This document shows positions 37,646 through 46,438 of a stretch of 46,438 nucleotides of DNA, piece by piece (within the stretch, counting starts at the first letter, position 1; each line of letters begins with the position of its first letter). The notes under the pieces are model-generated. The model had not been told where the DNA came from, ran no database searches, and was given only the letters and a program-made list of their open reading frames with translations. The stretch comes from Actinomycetota bacterium (lineage in GTDB: Bacteria; Actinomycetota; Acidimicrobiia; Spongiisociales; UBA4744): assembly GCA_013152275.1 (NCBI GenBank), contig JAADGS010000030.1, forward strand, positions 62,001 through 108,438, read 5' to 3'. A program made the translations under genes and the position numbers.

Positions 37646-38650
37646 CTAGATCAGATCTTGTTCGCGAATGCCGAAGGAGGGGTGCCGCAGGCGGCACAGG
37701 GCAAGCTTCTCGAGCTGTCGGATCCGCTCTCGAGTCAGATTGAACTCGTCGCCGATCTCCTCCAGGGTCCTGGGGACCCCGTCATAGAAACCGTAACGCA
37801 GCGCGAGGATTCGCCCCTCCCGCTCAGGGAGCCGATCGATGGAGATCCGCAGACTGTGCGCGACATCCATCTCTTCGGTGATCTGCACGGGGTCGGTCGC
37901 CTCTTCATCCTCGATGAAGTCACCAAGCTGCGCCCCGTCTTCACCAACGGGCTGTTCCAGCGACACGGTGTCCGCGACGCCGAGCGCCAGCTCGACCTTG
38001 TCGACGGTGACTCCTGCCTCTTCTGCGATCTCGTCCGGTTTGGGGTCCCGGCCGAGTTCCGCCTTCAGGCTCGCCTGCGCGGCTCGTACGGCCGCCAGCG
38101 TGTCATGCAGATGTACGGGGATTCGCACGGTTCGAGACTTGTCCGCGATCGCACGAGTGATCGCCTGACGGATCCACCACGTCGCATAGGTGGAGAACTT
38201 GAAGCCTTTTCTCCAGTCGAACTTCTCGACGGCGCGAATGAGACCGAGGTTGCCTTCCTGGATGAGATCCAAGAAGTCGATACCGGACGTGTTGGCGTAG
38301 CGGCGAGCGTTGGCCACGACGAGGCGGAGGTTCGCGGTCAGGAAAGCATCCTTGGCCTCCCTGCCGAAACGGGCCTTGCGCCTAAGCTCGATCTCTTCTT
38401 TCTTGGTCTTGTACTCACCGGCGTCGAGTCGCTCGACGGCGTCTTCACCAGTCTCGATCTTCTGAGCAAGCTCGACCTCTTGTTCGGCGCTGAGCAGGTC
38501 ATATTCCCCGATCGCGGTCAGGTACTGACTGACCAGGTCGGTCGTCAGCCTGCCGCGCTCATCGGTGAGTTTGTTGCGCCGGTCACGGCGGCTGCGGTCG
38601 GTCTTGCCAACCGCCTTTCCGTTGGGGCGCGTCTTATCGTTCGATGCCAT
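37646..38650 (-). CDS. RNA polymerase sigma-70 factor, RpoD/SigA-SigB type (lacks region 1.1)
   Basis: [59 protein letters not shown]. Confidence 0.95.
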   Translation of the reverse strand: MASNDKTRPNGKAVGKTDRSRRDRRNKLTDERGRLTTDLVSQYLTAIGEYDLLSAEQEVELAQKIETGEDAVERLDAGEYKTKKEEIELRRKARFGREAKDAFLTANLRLVVANARRYANTSGIDFLDLIQEGNLGLIRAVEKFDWRKGFKFSTYATWWIRQAITRAIADKSRTVRIPVHLHDTLAAVRAAQASLKAELGRDPKPDEIAEEAGVTVDKVELALGVADTVSLEQPVGEDGAQLGDFIEDEEATDPVQITEEMDVAHSLRISIDRLPEREGRILALRYGFYDGVPRTLEEIGDEFNLTRERIRQLEKLALCRLRHPSFGIREQDLI

Positions 38651-38915
38651 CTTGGGGTTTTTCCTCCGTCAAGGTCACGGTCAAGCCGCAACGCAACTGC
38701 GAGACACTATGACACACATCGCGTGTCGTGTGAACCCCCCTTTTTCGTTGCGACAAAACCGGCTGCCACTTCCTCTTCAACAACGATGACCCCGGTCATG
38801 TTCCTTGATCCGTCGAACAGCGGGTTCCTCGATGATCATTTCGGGATAATCGCTCCGACAGTGCGGCCGTCTTCTCCCAGCCCCGCCGGCGCTCCTGCCG
38901 GACGATAATGAGTTC

Positions 38916-39923
38916 GTGCCGGCGAATCTGACCCCCGACTACAAGGCAGCAGAGGTCGCCTACAAACGCAGCCGCGACCCTGAGGAGCGCCTCGATGCGC
39001 TGCGCGAGATGTACCGCACCATACCCAAGCACAAGGGGACCGAGCACCTTCGAGCGGACATCAAGACACGCATCAAGGAGCTGGCCGAGCAACTCGCAGG
39101 ACCGAAGAAGGGCGGTGCCAGAAGTAGTCCTCCCACGGTCATCCGACCCGAGGGGGCCGCCCAGGTCGCGCTGCTCGGTCCGCCCAACGTGGGCAAGTCG
39201 ACGCTCCATGCGCGACTGACCGGATCCCGTACACCATCGGGTCCGTACCCGTTCACGACCCGGTTCCCGCAGCCGGGCATGCTCCACTACGAGGACATCT
39301 CCATCCAACTCGTCGACCTGCCACCCGTGTCCGCCGAGCACCCGGTCCCGTGGCTTGCCGGCGCTCTCCTACCGGCGGATGCATGCCTGCTGGTCGTCGA
39401 CGTCTCCGTTCCCGGCTGCGTCGCGCAGGTCGAGTCCCTCCACGAGATGCTCGCAAACCGCAGAGTCACCTTGACCGGCTCGTGGTACGGAAGTGAGCCG
39501 ATGCCGGAGAACGACCCGTTTGCCGTTCGCCTCCCCACCCTTCTCGTCGCCAACAAGGCGGACAAGGCACCGCAGTGCGCCGAAGAGGTCGCCATCCTGA
39601 AAGAACTGCTGGGACTCGACTACCCGGTTCTCACCGTATCGGCAACCACCGGGGCGGGTGTCGACGCAATCGGACCGTGGCTCTTCTCCAGGCTGGGGAT
39701 CATTCGCGTCTACACGAAGGTGCCGGGCAAGCCGGCCGCCCTGGACAAGCCCTACACGGTCCGCAGCGGCGGCACGGTCCAGGACGTTGCGACACTCGTG
39801 CATCGTGACATTGCAGGAAGCCTGCGGTATGCCCGTATCTGGGGCACCGGCCACTTCGATGGACAGCAAGTCGGACGGGACCACGTTCTTTCCGACGGAG
39901 ACATCGTCGAACTCCACTCCTGA
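38916..39923 (+). CDS. OBG-family, DRG-like GTPase with TGS domain
   Basis: [10 protein letters not shown]-terminal helical region, [22 protein letters not shown]-terminal RVYTK...[10 protein letters not shown]. Confidence 0.88.
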   Translation: MPANLTPDYKAAEVAYKRSRDPEERLDALREMYRTIPKHKGTEHLRADIKTRIKELAEQLAGPKKGGARSSPPTVIRPEGAAQVALLGPPNVGKSTLHARLTGSRTPSGPYPFTTRFPQPGMLHYEDISIQLVDLPPVSAEHPVPWLAGALLPADACLLVVDVSVPGCVAQVESLHEMLANRRVTLTGSWYGSEPMPENDPFAVRLPTLLVANKADKAPQCAEEVAILKELLGLDYPVLTVSATTGAGVDAIGPWLFSRLGIIRVYTKVPGKPAALDKPYTVRSGGTVQDVATLVHRDIAGSLRYARIWGTGHFDGQQVGRDHVLSDGDIVELHS

Positions 39924-39964
39924 GCCTCGTTCCCATACCGCAGGCCGGCGGGTACCGTCGCGAC

Positions 39965-41977
39965 ATGCCCAACCTCCTGTCCAACGAGACGAGCCCGTAT
40001 CTGCTCCAGCACGCCGACAACCCTGTCGACTGGTATCCCTGGGGCGACGAGGCGTTCGCCGCTGCAAAAGCCGAGGGCAAGCCCGTGCTGCTGTCGGTCG
40101 GGTACTCGTCCTGCCACTGGTGCCACGTGATGGCTCACGAATCGTTCGAGGACCCCGAGACGGCGGCATTGATGAACAAACTGTTCGTCAACATCAAGGT
40201 CGACCGTGAAGAGCGGCCCGACGTCGACGCCGTCTACATGGAGGCGCTCCAGGCCATGTCCGGCCGGGGCGGCTGGCCCATGACGGTGTTCCTCACCCCG
40301 GACCGCAAGCCCTTCCATGCCGGCACCTACTTCCCGGCCGTCGAACGACACGGCATGCCGTCGTTTCGGCGGGTCATCACCGCCGTCGCCGACGCGTGGG
40401 AGACACGGCGCGCCGAACTGACCGCCCAGGCGGAGCGGCTCTCGGGTTTCGTCGGCCAAGCGATCCCGAGTGCCGACGAGTTGCCCGGCGAGGATCTCCT
40501 CGTCTCGTCGTACCAAGCCCTCGCCTCCCGGTTCGACGAAACCGAAGGCGGTTTCGGCGAGGCACCCAAGTTCCCACAGGAGCCGGTCCTCGAGTTTCTC
40601 CTGCGCGTCGCCGACGAACCGTGGGCTCCCGACGCCAAGCGGATGGTGTGGCTGACACTGAGCAAGATGGCGGACGGGGGAATCCACGATCACGTCGGTG
40701 GCGGCTTCGCCCGCTACTCCGTCGACCGCTCATGGACGATCCCGCACTTCGAGAAGATGCTCTACACGAACGCGCAGCTGGCCCGCCTCTATCTCCACTC
40801 GGCGCAAGTCCTGCATGAGCCGGCGTTCACCGCGGTCGCGATCAGGACTCTCGACTACCTGTTGCGCGACCTCCGGCTTCCCGGCGGCGCGTTCGCCTCG
40901 GCGGAGGACGCGGATTCCCAAGGTTCGGAAGGCACGTTCTATGTCTGGGATGCAGGCGAGTTCGCCGACGCCGTCGGGGACGAACTCGCTCCACTTGCCA
41001 CCACGTTCTTCGGAGTCACCGAAGACGGCAACTTCGAAGGCAGCAATCACCTTCACGTCACACGCCCGCTCGGACAGCTCGCCTCCCAACTGAACATCGA
41101 TCTCGTCACCGCCGACGCGATGATCGACACGGCTCGTCGTCGGCTTCTCTCGCGACGTTCCGAACGCGTCAGGCCAGGCCTCGACGACAAGGTCGTCACC
41201 GCCTGGAACGGGCTGGCAATCCGCTCCTTCGCCGAAGCGGGAGCCGTCCTCGGCGAGCCGCGCCTCCTCGATGCAGCGCGGGACGCCGCGACGTTCCTCC
41301 TGTCGGAGGTCACCCGGGCAGACGGGCGTCTCCTGAGGAGTTGGGGCAAGGGAAGAGCGAGTGTGCCCGCATTCGCGGATGACTACGCAGCAACGGCCCT
41401 TGGCCTTTTCACGCTCTACCAGGCCACCGGTGAAGTGAGCTGGTACACCGAGGCGATGCGCCTGGTCGAGGGAATGGTCGATCTCTTCGCGGATCCGGCC
41501 GGTGGGTTCTTCACGACAGGGGCGGACGTCGAGGCCCCTCTGGCGCGAACACGTGACCACTTCGACTCGCCGTCACCGTCGGCGAACGCCCTCGCAGCCG
41601 AAGCCCTGCTCCTCGCTTCCTCGTATACCGGCGACGCCGAGTTCGCGGCGTATTCCGAACGGGCCCTGCGCGCGGGAGCCACGCTCGCAATCACGTCACC
41701 CTCGGGCGCCGGCCATCTCTTGAGTGTCCTACACACGACGCTGAGCAAGCCGCAGGAGGTCGCGATCGTGGGTCCGGATGCACAGGAACTCTCCTCTGTC
41801 GTGTGGGAACGATTCCGGCCCGGTGTTGCGCTCGCCGTCGATCGGGACGGCAGCGCGACGAACATCGTTCCTCTTCTCGAGGGACGAGCCACGGACTCGA
41901 CCCTCGCGTACGTGTGCAGAGACTTCCACTGTGCGCTCCCGGTCTCGGATCCCGAGGCGCTGCGGAGGCTGCTCTAG
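39965..41977 (+). CDS. Thioredoxin-domain protein, YyaL/SPATA20 (DUF255) family
   Basis: [52 protein letters not shown]. Confidence 0.95.
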   Translation: MPNLLSNETSPYLLQHADNPVDWYPWGDEAFAAAKAEGKPVLLSVGYSSCHWCHVMAHESFEDPETAALMNKLFVNIKVDREERPDVDAVYMEALQAMSGRGGWPMTVFLTPDRKPFHAGTYFPAVERHGMPSFRRVITAVADAWETRRAELTAQAERLSGFVGQAIPSADELPGEDLLVSSYQALASRFDETEGGFGEAPKFPQEPVLEFLLRVADEPWAPDAKRMVWLTLSKMADGGIHDHVGGGFARYSVDRSWTIPHFEKMLYTNAQLARLYLHSAQVLHEPAFTAVAIRTLDYLLRDLRLPGGAFASAEDADSQGSEGTFYVWDAGEFADAVGDELAPLATTFFGVTEDGNFEGSNHLHVTRPLGQLASQLNIDLVTADAMIDTARRRLLSRRSERVRPGLDDKVVTAWNGLAIRSFAEAGAVLGEPRLLDAARDAATFLLSEVTRADGRLLRSWGKGRASVPAFADDYAATALGLFTLYQATGEVSWYTEAMRLVEGMVDLFADPAGGFFTTGADVEAPLARTRDHFDSPSPSANALAAEALLLASSYTGDAEFAAYSERALRAGATLAITSPSGAGHLLSVLHTTLSKPQEVAIVGPDAQELSSVVWERFRPGVALAVDRDGSATNIVPLLEGRATDSTLAYVCRDFHCALPVSDPEALRRLL

Positions 41978-42148
41978 CACTCACCGCGGATCGACCTGGG
42001 ATGGAGCTTCGAGCCGACTGTCTCGCTTCGCGCAGCCGGCACCATGATCGGCGAGATGGTGCCCTGAGTTGAAGGCCGGAGGCCGACCGCCGAATGCAGG
42101 CCGCTCCTGTCAACAGACTTGGTGTGATACGCCCGATACACTTGCAGC

Positions 42149-43102
42149 GTGATCTACGAAAACGCCATCGAAGCAATCGGGCGCACTCCCCTGGTTCGCC
42201 TTTCACGCGTTCACCCTCCCGGGAATCTCGCCGCGAAACTCGAGTTCCTCAACCCCGGTGGTTCGATCAAGGAGCGGATTTCCGTCACGATGATCGACCG
42301 CGCGGAGCAACTCGGCCTCCTCGAGCCCGGCGGCACGATCGTCGAGCCGACCAGTGGCAACACCGGCGTCGGTCTGGCAATCGTCGCGGCGGTGCGCGGA
42401 TACAAGGTCGTGTTCACCGTTCCGGACAAGGTCTCCAAGGAGAAGCAGGATCTCCTGCGGGCGTACGGCGCGACCGTCATCGTCACACCGACGGAACTCC
42501 TCCCCGAGGATCCCGAGTCCTACTACGGGGTCGCACGGCGCATCGTCGCCGAAACTCCCGGCGCCTACAGCCCCGATCAGTACACCAACCCCGCGAATCC
42601 CCAAGCCCACTACCTGACAACCGGCCCGGAGATCTGGGACCAGACCGAAGGCCGTGTCGGTGCGCTCGTCGCCGGCGTCGGAACCGGCGGCACGGTCACC
42701 GGAATCGGCCGCTACCTCAAGGAGATGAACCCGGACATCCTGGTGATCGGAGCAGACCCGGAGGGATCGATCTACACGGCACGCTCGGATGATGAGATCC
42801 ATCAGTATGACGTGGAGGGTGTCGGCGAGGACTTCTGGCCGGAAACGCTCGACCGCGACATCGTCGACGAGTACATCATGGTCTCCGACGCCGATGCGTT
42901 CGCGATGACCCGGCGCGTTGCCCGTCAGGAAGGCTTGCTGGCAGGCGGGTCCGCCGGAATGGCGATACACGCGGCCGTCGAGTTCGCCGAGCGCGAACCG
43001 GACCGACTCACCGTCGTGATCCTTCCAGACTCGGGTCGCGGGTATCTCTCCAAGGTCTTCAACGATGCCTGGATGAGCGAGCACGGCTACGAGGTGACCT
43101 GA
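42149..43102 (+). CDS. Cystathionine beta-synthase / cysteine synthase family PLP enzyme
   Basis: NPGGSIKER, EPTSGNTG, DQYTNPAN, GTGGT, PDSGRGYLSK; no C-terminal CBS pair. Confidence 0.92.
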   Translation: MIYENAIEAIGRTPLVRLSRVHPPGNLAAKLEFLNPGGSIKERISVTMIDRAEQLGLLEPGGTIVEPTSGNTGVGLAIVAAVRGYKVVFTVPDKVSKEKQDLLRAYGATVIVTPTELLPEDPESYYGVARRIVAETPGAYSPDQYTNPANPQAHYLTTGPEIWDQTEGRVGALVAGVGTGGTVTGIGRYLKEMNPDILVIGADPEGSIYTARSDDEIHQYDVEGVGEDFWPETLDRDIVDEYIMVSDADAFAMTRRVARQEGLLAGGSAGMAIHAAVEFAEREPDRLTVVILPDSGRGYLSKVFNDAWMSEHGYEVT

Positions 43103-44241
43103 TGCGATTCGAAACCGACGCGATCCACGCGGGCCAGGATCCAGATCCGACCACAGGGTCCGTGGTCGTACCGATTCATGCAACATCCACCTACGCCCAG
43201 ATTGCTCCCGGCGAACACAAGGGATACGAGTACTCACGAACAGGCAACCCCACCCGCCACGCGCTGGAGTTGGCCCTGTCCTCCCTCGAAGGAATCGGCC
43301 CGGAAGGTGGCGCGGTCACCACGTCATCGGGGATGGCGGCCGCAGCACTCATCGGCTATCTCCTGAGACCCGGCGATCACGTACTGCTCCCCGACGATGC
43401 CTACGGCGGGACGTTCCGGTTCTTCGCAAGAGTTCTCTCCGAACAGGAGATCACCTGGTCGACAGTCGACATGACAGACGCACGGTACGTCGCAGCCGCC
43501 TTGCGTCCGGAGACGCGACTGCTTTGGGTCGAGACGCCGACCAACCCCCTGCTGCGTCTCGCCGACATCGAAAAGATCGCCGAACTCGCACACCGGAACG
43601 GGTCGATGATGGCAGTCGACAACACGTTCGCCACTCCATACCTGCAGCGCCCGTTCGAGTGTGGAGCGGATCTCGTCGTGTACTCGACCACGAAGTACCT
43701 GGGTGGTCACTCCGACGTCATAGGTGGCGCCGTCCTCGCCACGGACCCGGAACTGTTGGACCGCCTGCGGTTTCTCCAGAACGCAGTCGGCCCTATTCCC
43801 GGCCCGTTCGATGCATGGCTCGTGCTCCGTGGGATCAAAACACTGGCAATTCGCATGGATCGGCATTGCGACAACGCGCAGACACTGGCGGCGTTCCTGG
43901 AGGACCGGGACGATGTCGCCGAGGTCCTCTACCCGGGATTGGACTCGCATCCCCAGCAAGCGCTGGCACGACGACAGATGAAGCGTGCCGGAGGCATGGT
44001 GTCCTTCCGTCCTGTGGGAGGGCCGGATGCCGCCCGCCGGATCGCCTCGTCGACAGAGCTGTTCATCCTTGCCGAGAGTCTCGGCGGGGTCGAGTCACTG
44101 ATCGAAGTCCCTTCCCAGATGACGCACACATCCGTTGCAGGGACGTCACTGGAAGTCCCTGACGATCTCATCAGACTCTCCGTGGGCATCGAGCACGTCG
44201 ATGACCTACTGGAGGATCTGGACCGGGCACTGCGGCCGTAG
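43102..44241 (+). CDS. Cystathionine gamma-lyase/synthase
   Basis: YEYSRTGNPTR, SGMAA, ETPTNP, DNTFATP, STTKYLGGHSD, AESLGGVESL; TGATG coupling. Confidence 0.95.
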   Translation: MRFETDAIHAGQDPDPTTGSVVVPIHATSTYAQIAPGEHKGYEYSRTGNPTRHALELALSSLEGIGPEGGAVTTSSGMAAAALIGYLLRPGDHVLLPDDAYGGTFRFFARVLSEQEITWSTVDMTDARYVAAALRPETRLLWVETPTNPLLRLADIEKIAELAHRNGSMMAVDNTFATPYLQRPFECGADLVVYSTTKYLGGHSDVIGGAVLATDPELLDRLRFLQNAVGPIPGPFDAWLVLRGIKTLAIRMDRHCDNAQTLAAFLEDRDDVAEVLYPGLDSHPQQALARRQMKRAGGMVSFRPVGGPDAARRIASSTELFILAESLGGVESLIEVPSQMTHTSVAGTSLEVPDDLIRLSVGIEHVDDLLEDLDRALRP

Positions 44242-44254
44242 GAGACGCCAGGCT

Positions 44255-44400
44255 CACCGGGGTGCATTCCCCCCGGCACACACCTGCCGCAGCGCTTCCC
44301 CTCCCGGGGAGACCGGTCGACTCCTCGCCGGAGCACTCTCCGAGCCCTCGAGGACCGGAGCGGGAGCCGCTGTATCCGCCCCGCGGTCTTGCACCGATGC
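44255..44400 (+). ncRNA. Candidate structured RNA (unassigned)
   Basis: Nested complementary helices found by eye (see findings); no Rfam family recognised. Confidence 0.3.
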
Positions 44401-44408
44401 TGCGTCGC

Positions 44409-44443
44409 GATACGAGATACGAGGTGCAAGGTACGAGACACGA
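44409..44443. repeat. Degenerate heptamer array (5 units)
   Basis: GATACGA GATACGA GGTGCAA GGTACGA GACACGA. Confidence 0.7.
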
Positions 44444-44519
44444 GTCTCCGCAACGACCTCTTCCGCCAGATTCCCATCCGATTCCTCGTCCCTGGTCGAC
44501 ACTGCGATACTGCGCGGCC

Positions 44520-45245
44520 ATGTACCCGCCCGCCGTCTTGATCATCGCTCTCGTCGTGACAGCCGTCGCGAGCATGCTCCAGGGGACCATCGGTTTCGGC
44601 TTCGCCGTCCTCTCGGTGCCGATTCTCGCCCTGCTGTATCCGGGGCTCACGCCCATCCCCCAGATCCTGCTGGCGGGACCCCTGACATTCTCCATGGCCC
44701 TACGAGAGTGGCGTCAGCTGGACCTCTCGGGAGCGGGCTGGATCGTCGCTGGTCGCCTTCCCGGCGCGGCGATCGGAGCCCTGCTCCTGGCAACGGTGAC
44801 GAGACAGGCCCTCGATGGAGTCATCGCGATCGTCGTCCTTGCAGCGGTCATTGCCCTGGCGGCCGGCCTCACCGTGCGTCTCACACCGCTGAACAAGTTC
44901 GCAGCCGGTGTTGCGTCCGGAATCACCGGCACCACCTCGGCCATCGGAGGACCGCCGCTCGCGCTGATCTACCGCAATGAGGAGGGCGGAACGCTGCGTT
45001 CGAGTCTCGGTGCGATCTTCACGATCGGTGTGATCATCAATGTGACGACACTCACCATCGTCGGCCAGATCCATCGTCATGACATCGTCACGGCGTTGTT
45101 CCTCGCACCGGCCGTCGCCGTGGGACTGTTCCTCAGTCGGTACTTGAAAGGTCGCGTCGAAGGCGTGGCACTCCAACGAGGCATCCTGATCGTCTCGGCA
45201 CTCGCCGCGGTCGGTCTCGCCGTCCGAACACTGTTCAGCCCTTGA
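44520..45245 (+). CDS. Sulfite exporter TauE/SafE family protein
   Basis: QGTIGFGFA..VP, GRLPGAAIG, TSAIGGPP; about 8 TMs. Confidence 0.9.
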   Translation: MYPPAVLIIALVVTAVASMLQGTIGFGFAVLSVPILALLYPGLTPIPQILLAGPLTFSMALREWRQLDLSGAGWIVAGRLPGAAIGALLLATVTRQALDGVIAIVVLAAVIALAAGLTVRLTPLNKFAAGVASGITGTTSAIGGPPLALIYRNEEGGTLRSSLGAIFTIGVIINVTTLTIVGQIHRHDIVTALFLAPAVAVGLFLSRYLKGRVEGVALQRGILIVSALAAVGLAVRTLFSP

Positions 45246-45396
45246 TCGTTTTGCTCGAGGCGGTGGCCGAGTTGATCTTGGTGCTGTCGAGCACTTTCCG
45301 GCGGATCTCCATGACCAACTCGTCTCCGATGATCAATTCGATCTCTGCCAGGTAGTCCTCCTGCATCACAGGATCCCAGTCTTTCCAGGGTTCCAC
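45235..45396 (-). CDS. Small hypothetical protein (53 aa), below the ORF-track cutoff
   Basis: GTG after GGAGAAGG: MEPWKDWDPVMQEDYLAEIELIIGDELVMEIRRKVLDSTKINSATASSKTIKG. Confidence 0.55.
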   Translation of the reverse strand: MEPWKDWDPVMQEDYLAEIELIIGDELVMEIRRKVLDSTKINSATASSKTIKG

Positions 45397-45439
45397 GGGT
45401 TGCAGCCCTTCTCCCGGTCCCAGCCAACCACCTTCAGTG

Positions 45440-45451
45440 GTGGTATACCAC
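45440..45451. promoter_or_regulatory. Perfect palindrome GTGGTATACCAC (GntR/FadR-type operator-like) overlapping a putative minus-strand promoter
   Basis: 12-bp palindrome; the minus strand reads TTGACG-18 nt-TATACC with TG just upstream of the -10. Confidence 0.45.
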
Positions 45452-45467
45452 TATAAGCGGTCACCCG

Positions 45468-46226
45468 TCAAGGGCCGAGCCCACCAAGGATCCCCTTGAG
45501 AGAGGCCCCCAGCCCGCGCAGGCCCCACTCGAGGAACAACAACAGGAGGGCACCGACGGCAACGGTCAGGGCGGCTCGCACCCGATATGTCATCATTTGG
45601 CGGCCATCTTCGAGGTAGGAAGGCTCGGTGGTGGCGACAGTGGGCGGGACAAGCACTGCCGGACGCGGTGCTGGAGGCACCGGGCGATGAGAGGCAAGAC
45701 GGCTTGCACCCTGCGTTCCCTCGGACACGATCTCCGGTTCGGCGGCGACGACCGTCTCGACCTCCTCGGCCGGTCTCGGCAAAGCCGGCTCAGGCTCCGA
45801 CGTGTCCCAGGCGAGCTGCTCCTCATGCCCTGTCTCAGGCTCCACAGACGTGGCGATCGCCGCGGCAGCAGGCAGACTCTGGTCAAGGAGTTCCTCCGGT
45901 TCGGGTACATCCGACGCCGACTCATCGAGCACATCCTCGGTCTTCTCTTCTTCGAGAGCGTCCTGCCCCAAGTCGGACGGCACCAGGTCGGCGAACGCGC
46001 CCGCCGGCGACTCGACGGCGAGTCCGGCGGCCGACAGCAACTCCTCCTCCGAAATGTCGAGCACCGCTGCCAGCGCCACCACGACCTCGGGATCGATCGG
46101 TCTGCTCTTGCCACGTTCCCAGTTGCGGATCGTCGCCGGTGAACGCCCGACCAACTCGGCTATCCGCTGATAGCCGAGTCCCGTGGCAGCCCGTCCACGC
46201 CGCAAGAGGGCCGAGAAGGATTCCAT
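45468..46226 (-). CDS. XRE-family HTH protein with acidic linker and C-terminal TM helix
   Basis: LRRGR..GLGYQRIAELVGRSPATIRNWERGKSRP; C-terminal hydrophobic helix; TAACCT lies 7 nt before the ATG. Confidence 0.85.
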   Translation of the reverse strand: MESFSALLRRGRAATGLGYQRIAELVGRSPATIRNWERGKSRPIDPEVVVALAAVLDISEEELLSAAGLAVESPAGAFADLVPSDLGQDALEEEKTEDVLDESASDVPEPEELLDQSLPAAAAIATSVEPETGHEEQLAWDTSEPEPALPRPAEEVETVVAAEPEIVSEGTQGASRLASHRPVPPAPRPAVLVPPTVATTEPSYLEDGRQMMTYRVRAALTVAVGALLLLFLEWGLRGLGASLKGILGGLGP

Positions 46227-46279
46227 GATCGGAAGGTTACCGGTCCTGGCGACAAGCGTCGTGAACTCACTGCCGCCAT

Positions 46280-46438
46280 CCTCCCCCACGGAGGCGAACG
46301 AGCGCCTGGTGGGCTCCCCGGTCACAACAACCCACCACACCACTACCCTCACCCACGGAGGCGAACGAGCGCCTGGTGGGCTCCCCGGTCACAACAACCC
46401 CCACACCACTACCCTCACCCACGGAGGCGAACGAGCGC
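46280..46438. repeat. 66/67-bp tandem repeat, at least 2.3 copies, truncated by the window end
   Basis: ACGGAGGCGAACGAGCGC recurs at 46288, 46355 and 46421; the intervening sequences differ by one indel. Confidence 0.92.

Noticed and set aside
41978..42148. Possible SAM riboswitch upstream of cystathionine beta-synthase
   Set aside because: Only a short GGCACCAT/ATGGTGCC hairpin (42038-42063) is present, with no SAM-I/IV core, and the gene appears leaderless, leaving no 5' UTR.
2392..43959. Many other long overlapping ORFs (e.g. 2392-3822, 10499-12067, 15568-16743, 28653-30176, 32112-33620, 37658-38908, 42203-43237)
   Set aside because: They are antisense or alternate-frame shadows of genes with clear family motifs and have no motifs of their own.
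44380..44397. Minus-strand CGGTGCAAGACCG resembling a cobalamin riboswitch hairpin
   Set aside because: The GGGAA and GCCACTG/B12-box elements are missing in the expected positions and no minus-strand gene follows.
44262..44519. N-terminal extensions in the ORF track (tauE, also 9298, 30884, 32385, 36837, 46352)
   Set aside because: The extensions are low-complexity translations of intergenic or neighbouring DNA; downstream starts have -10, RBS or overlap support and coincide with domain boundaries.
46280..46438. Possible CRISPR array (period 66-67 bp)
   Set aside because: The putative spacers are identical apart from one indel and no cas genes are in the window; kept as a tandem repeat.

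Overview
GC-rich bacterial chromosomal segment, most consistent with Actinomycetota (possibly Acidimicrobiia); this is inferred from the gene families and pervasive leaderless TANNNT promoters, not from a marker gene. It holds about 43 mostly housekeeping and metabolic CDS. These include typA; hutH, hutU and hutI, split by a translationally coupled 5-gene ApbE/ferric-reductase-like operon; a glucosylglycerate-type cluster (glycerate kinase, GH13_18 phosphorylase, ABC importer, MggS-like GT4); a sigma-70 factor; a DRG-like TGS GTPase; and cystathionine beta-synthase with cystathionine gamma-lyase/synthase and TauE. No rRNA, tRNA, transposase, integrase or CRISPR array was recognised. The non-coding DNA is unusually structured: two families of short palindromic elements (3 copies each, one with compensatory changes), a ~95-bp duplication flanking a macrodomain cassette, degenerate 7-mer arrays, a candidate multibranch RNA before tauE, and a 66/67-bp tandem repeat running off the window end. 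The best candidate for a new system is a flavinylation module with a signal-less ApbE and no canonical FMN-binding-domain substrate, whose tiny tethered partner ends in TSKGS. All calls are by eye; no searches or folding programs were run.
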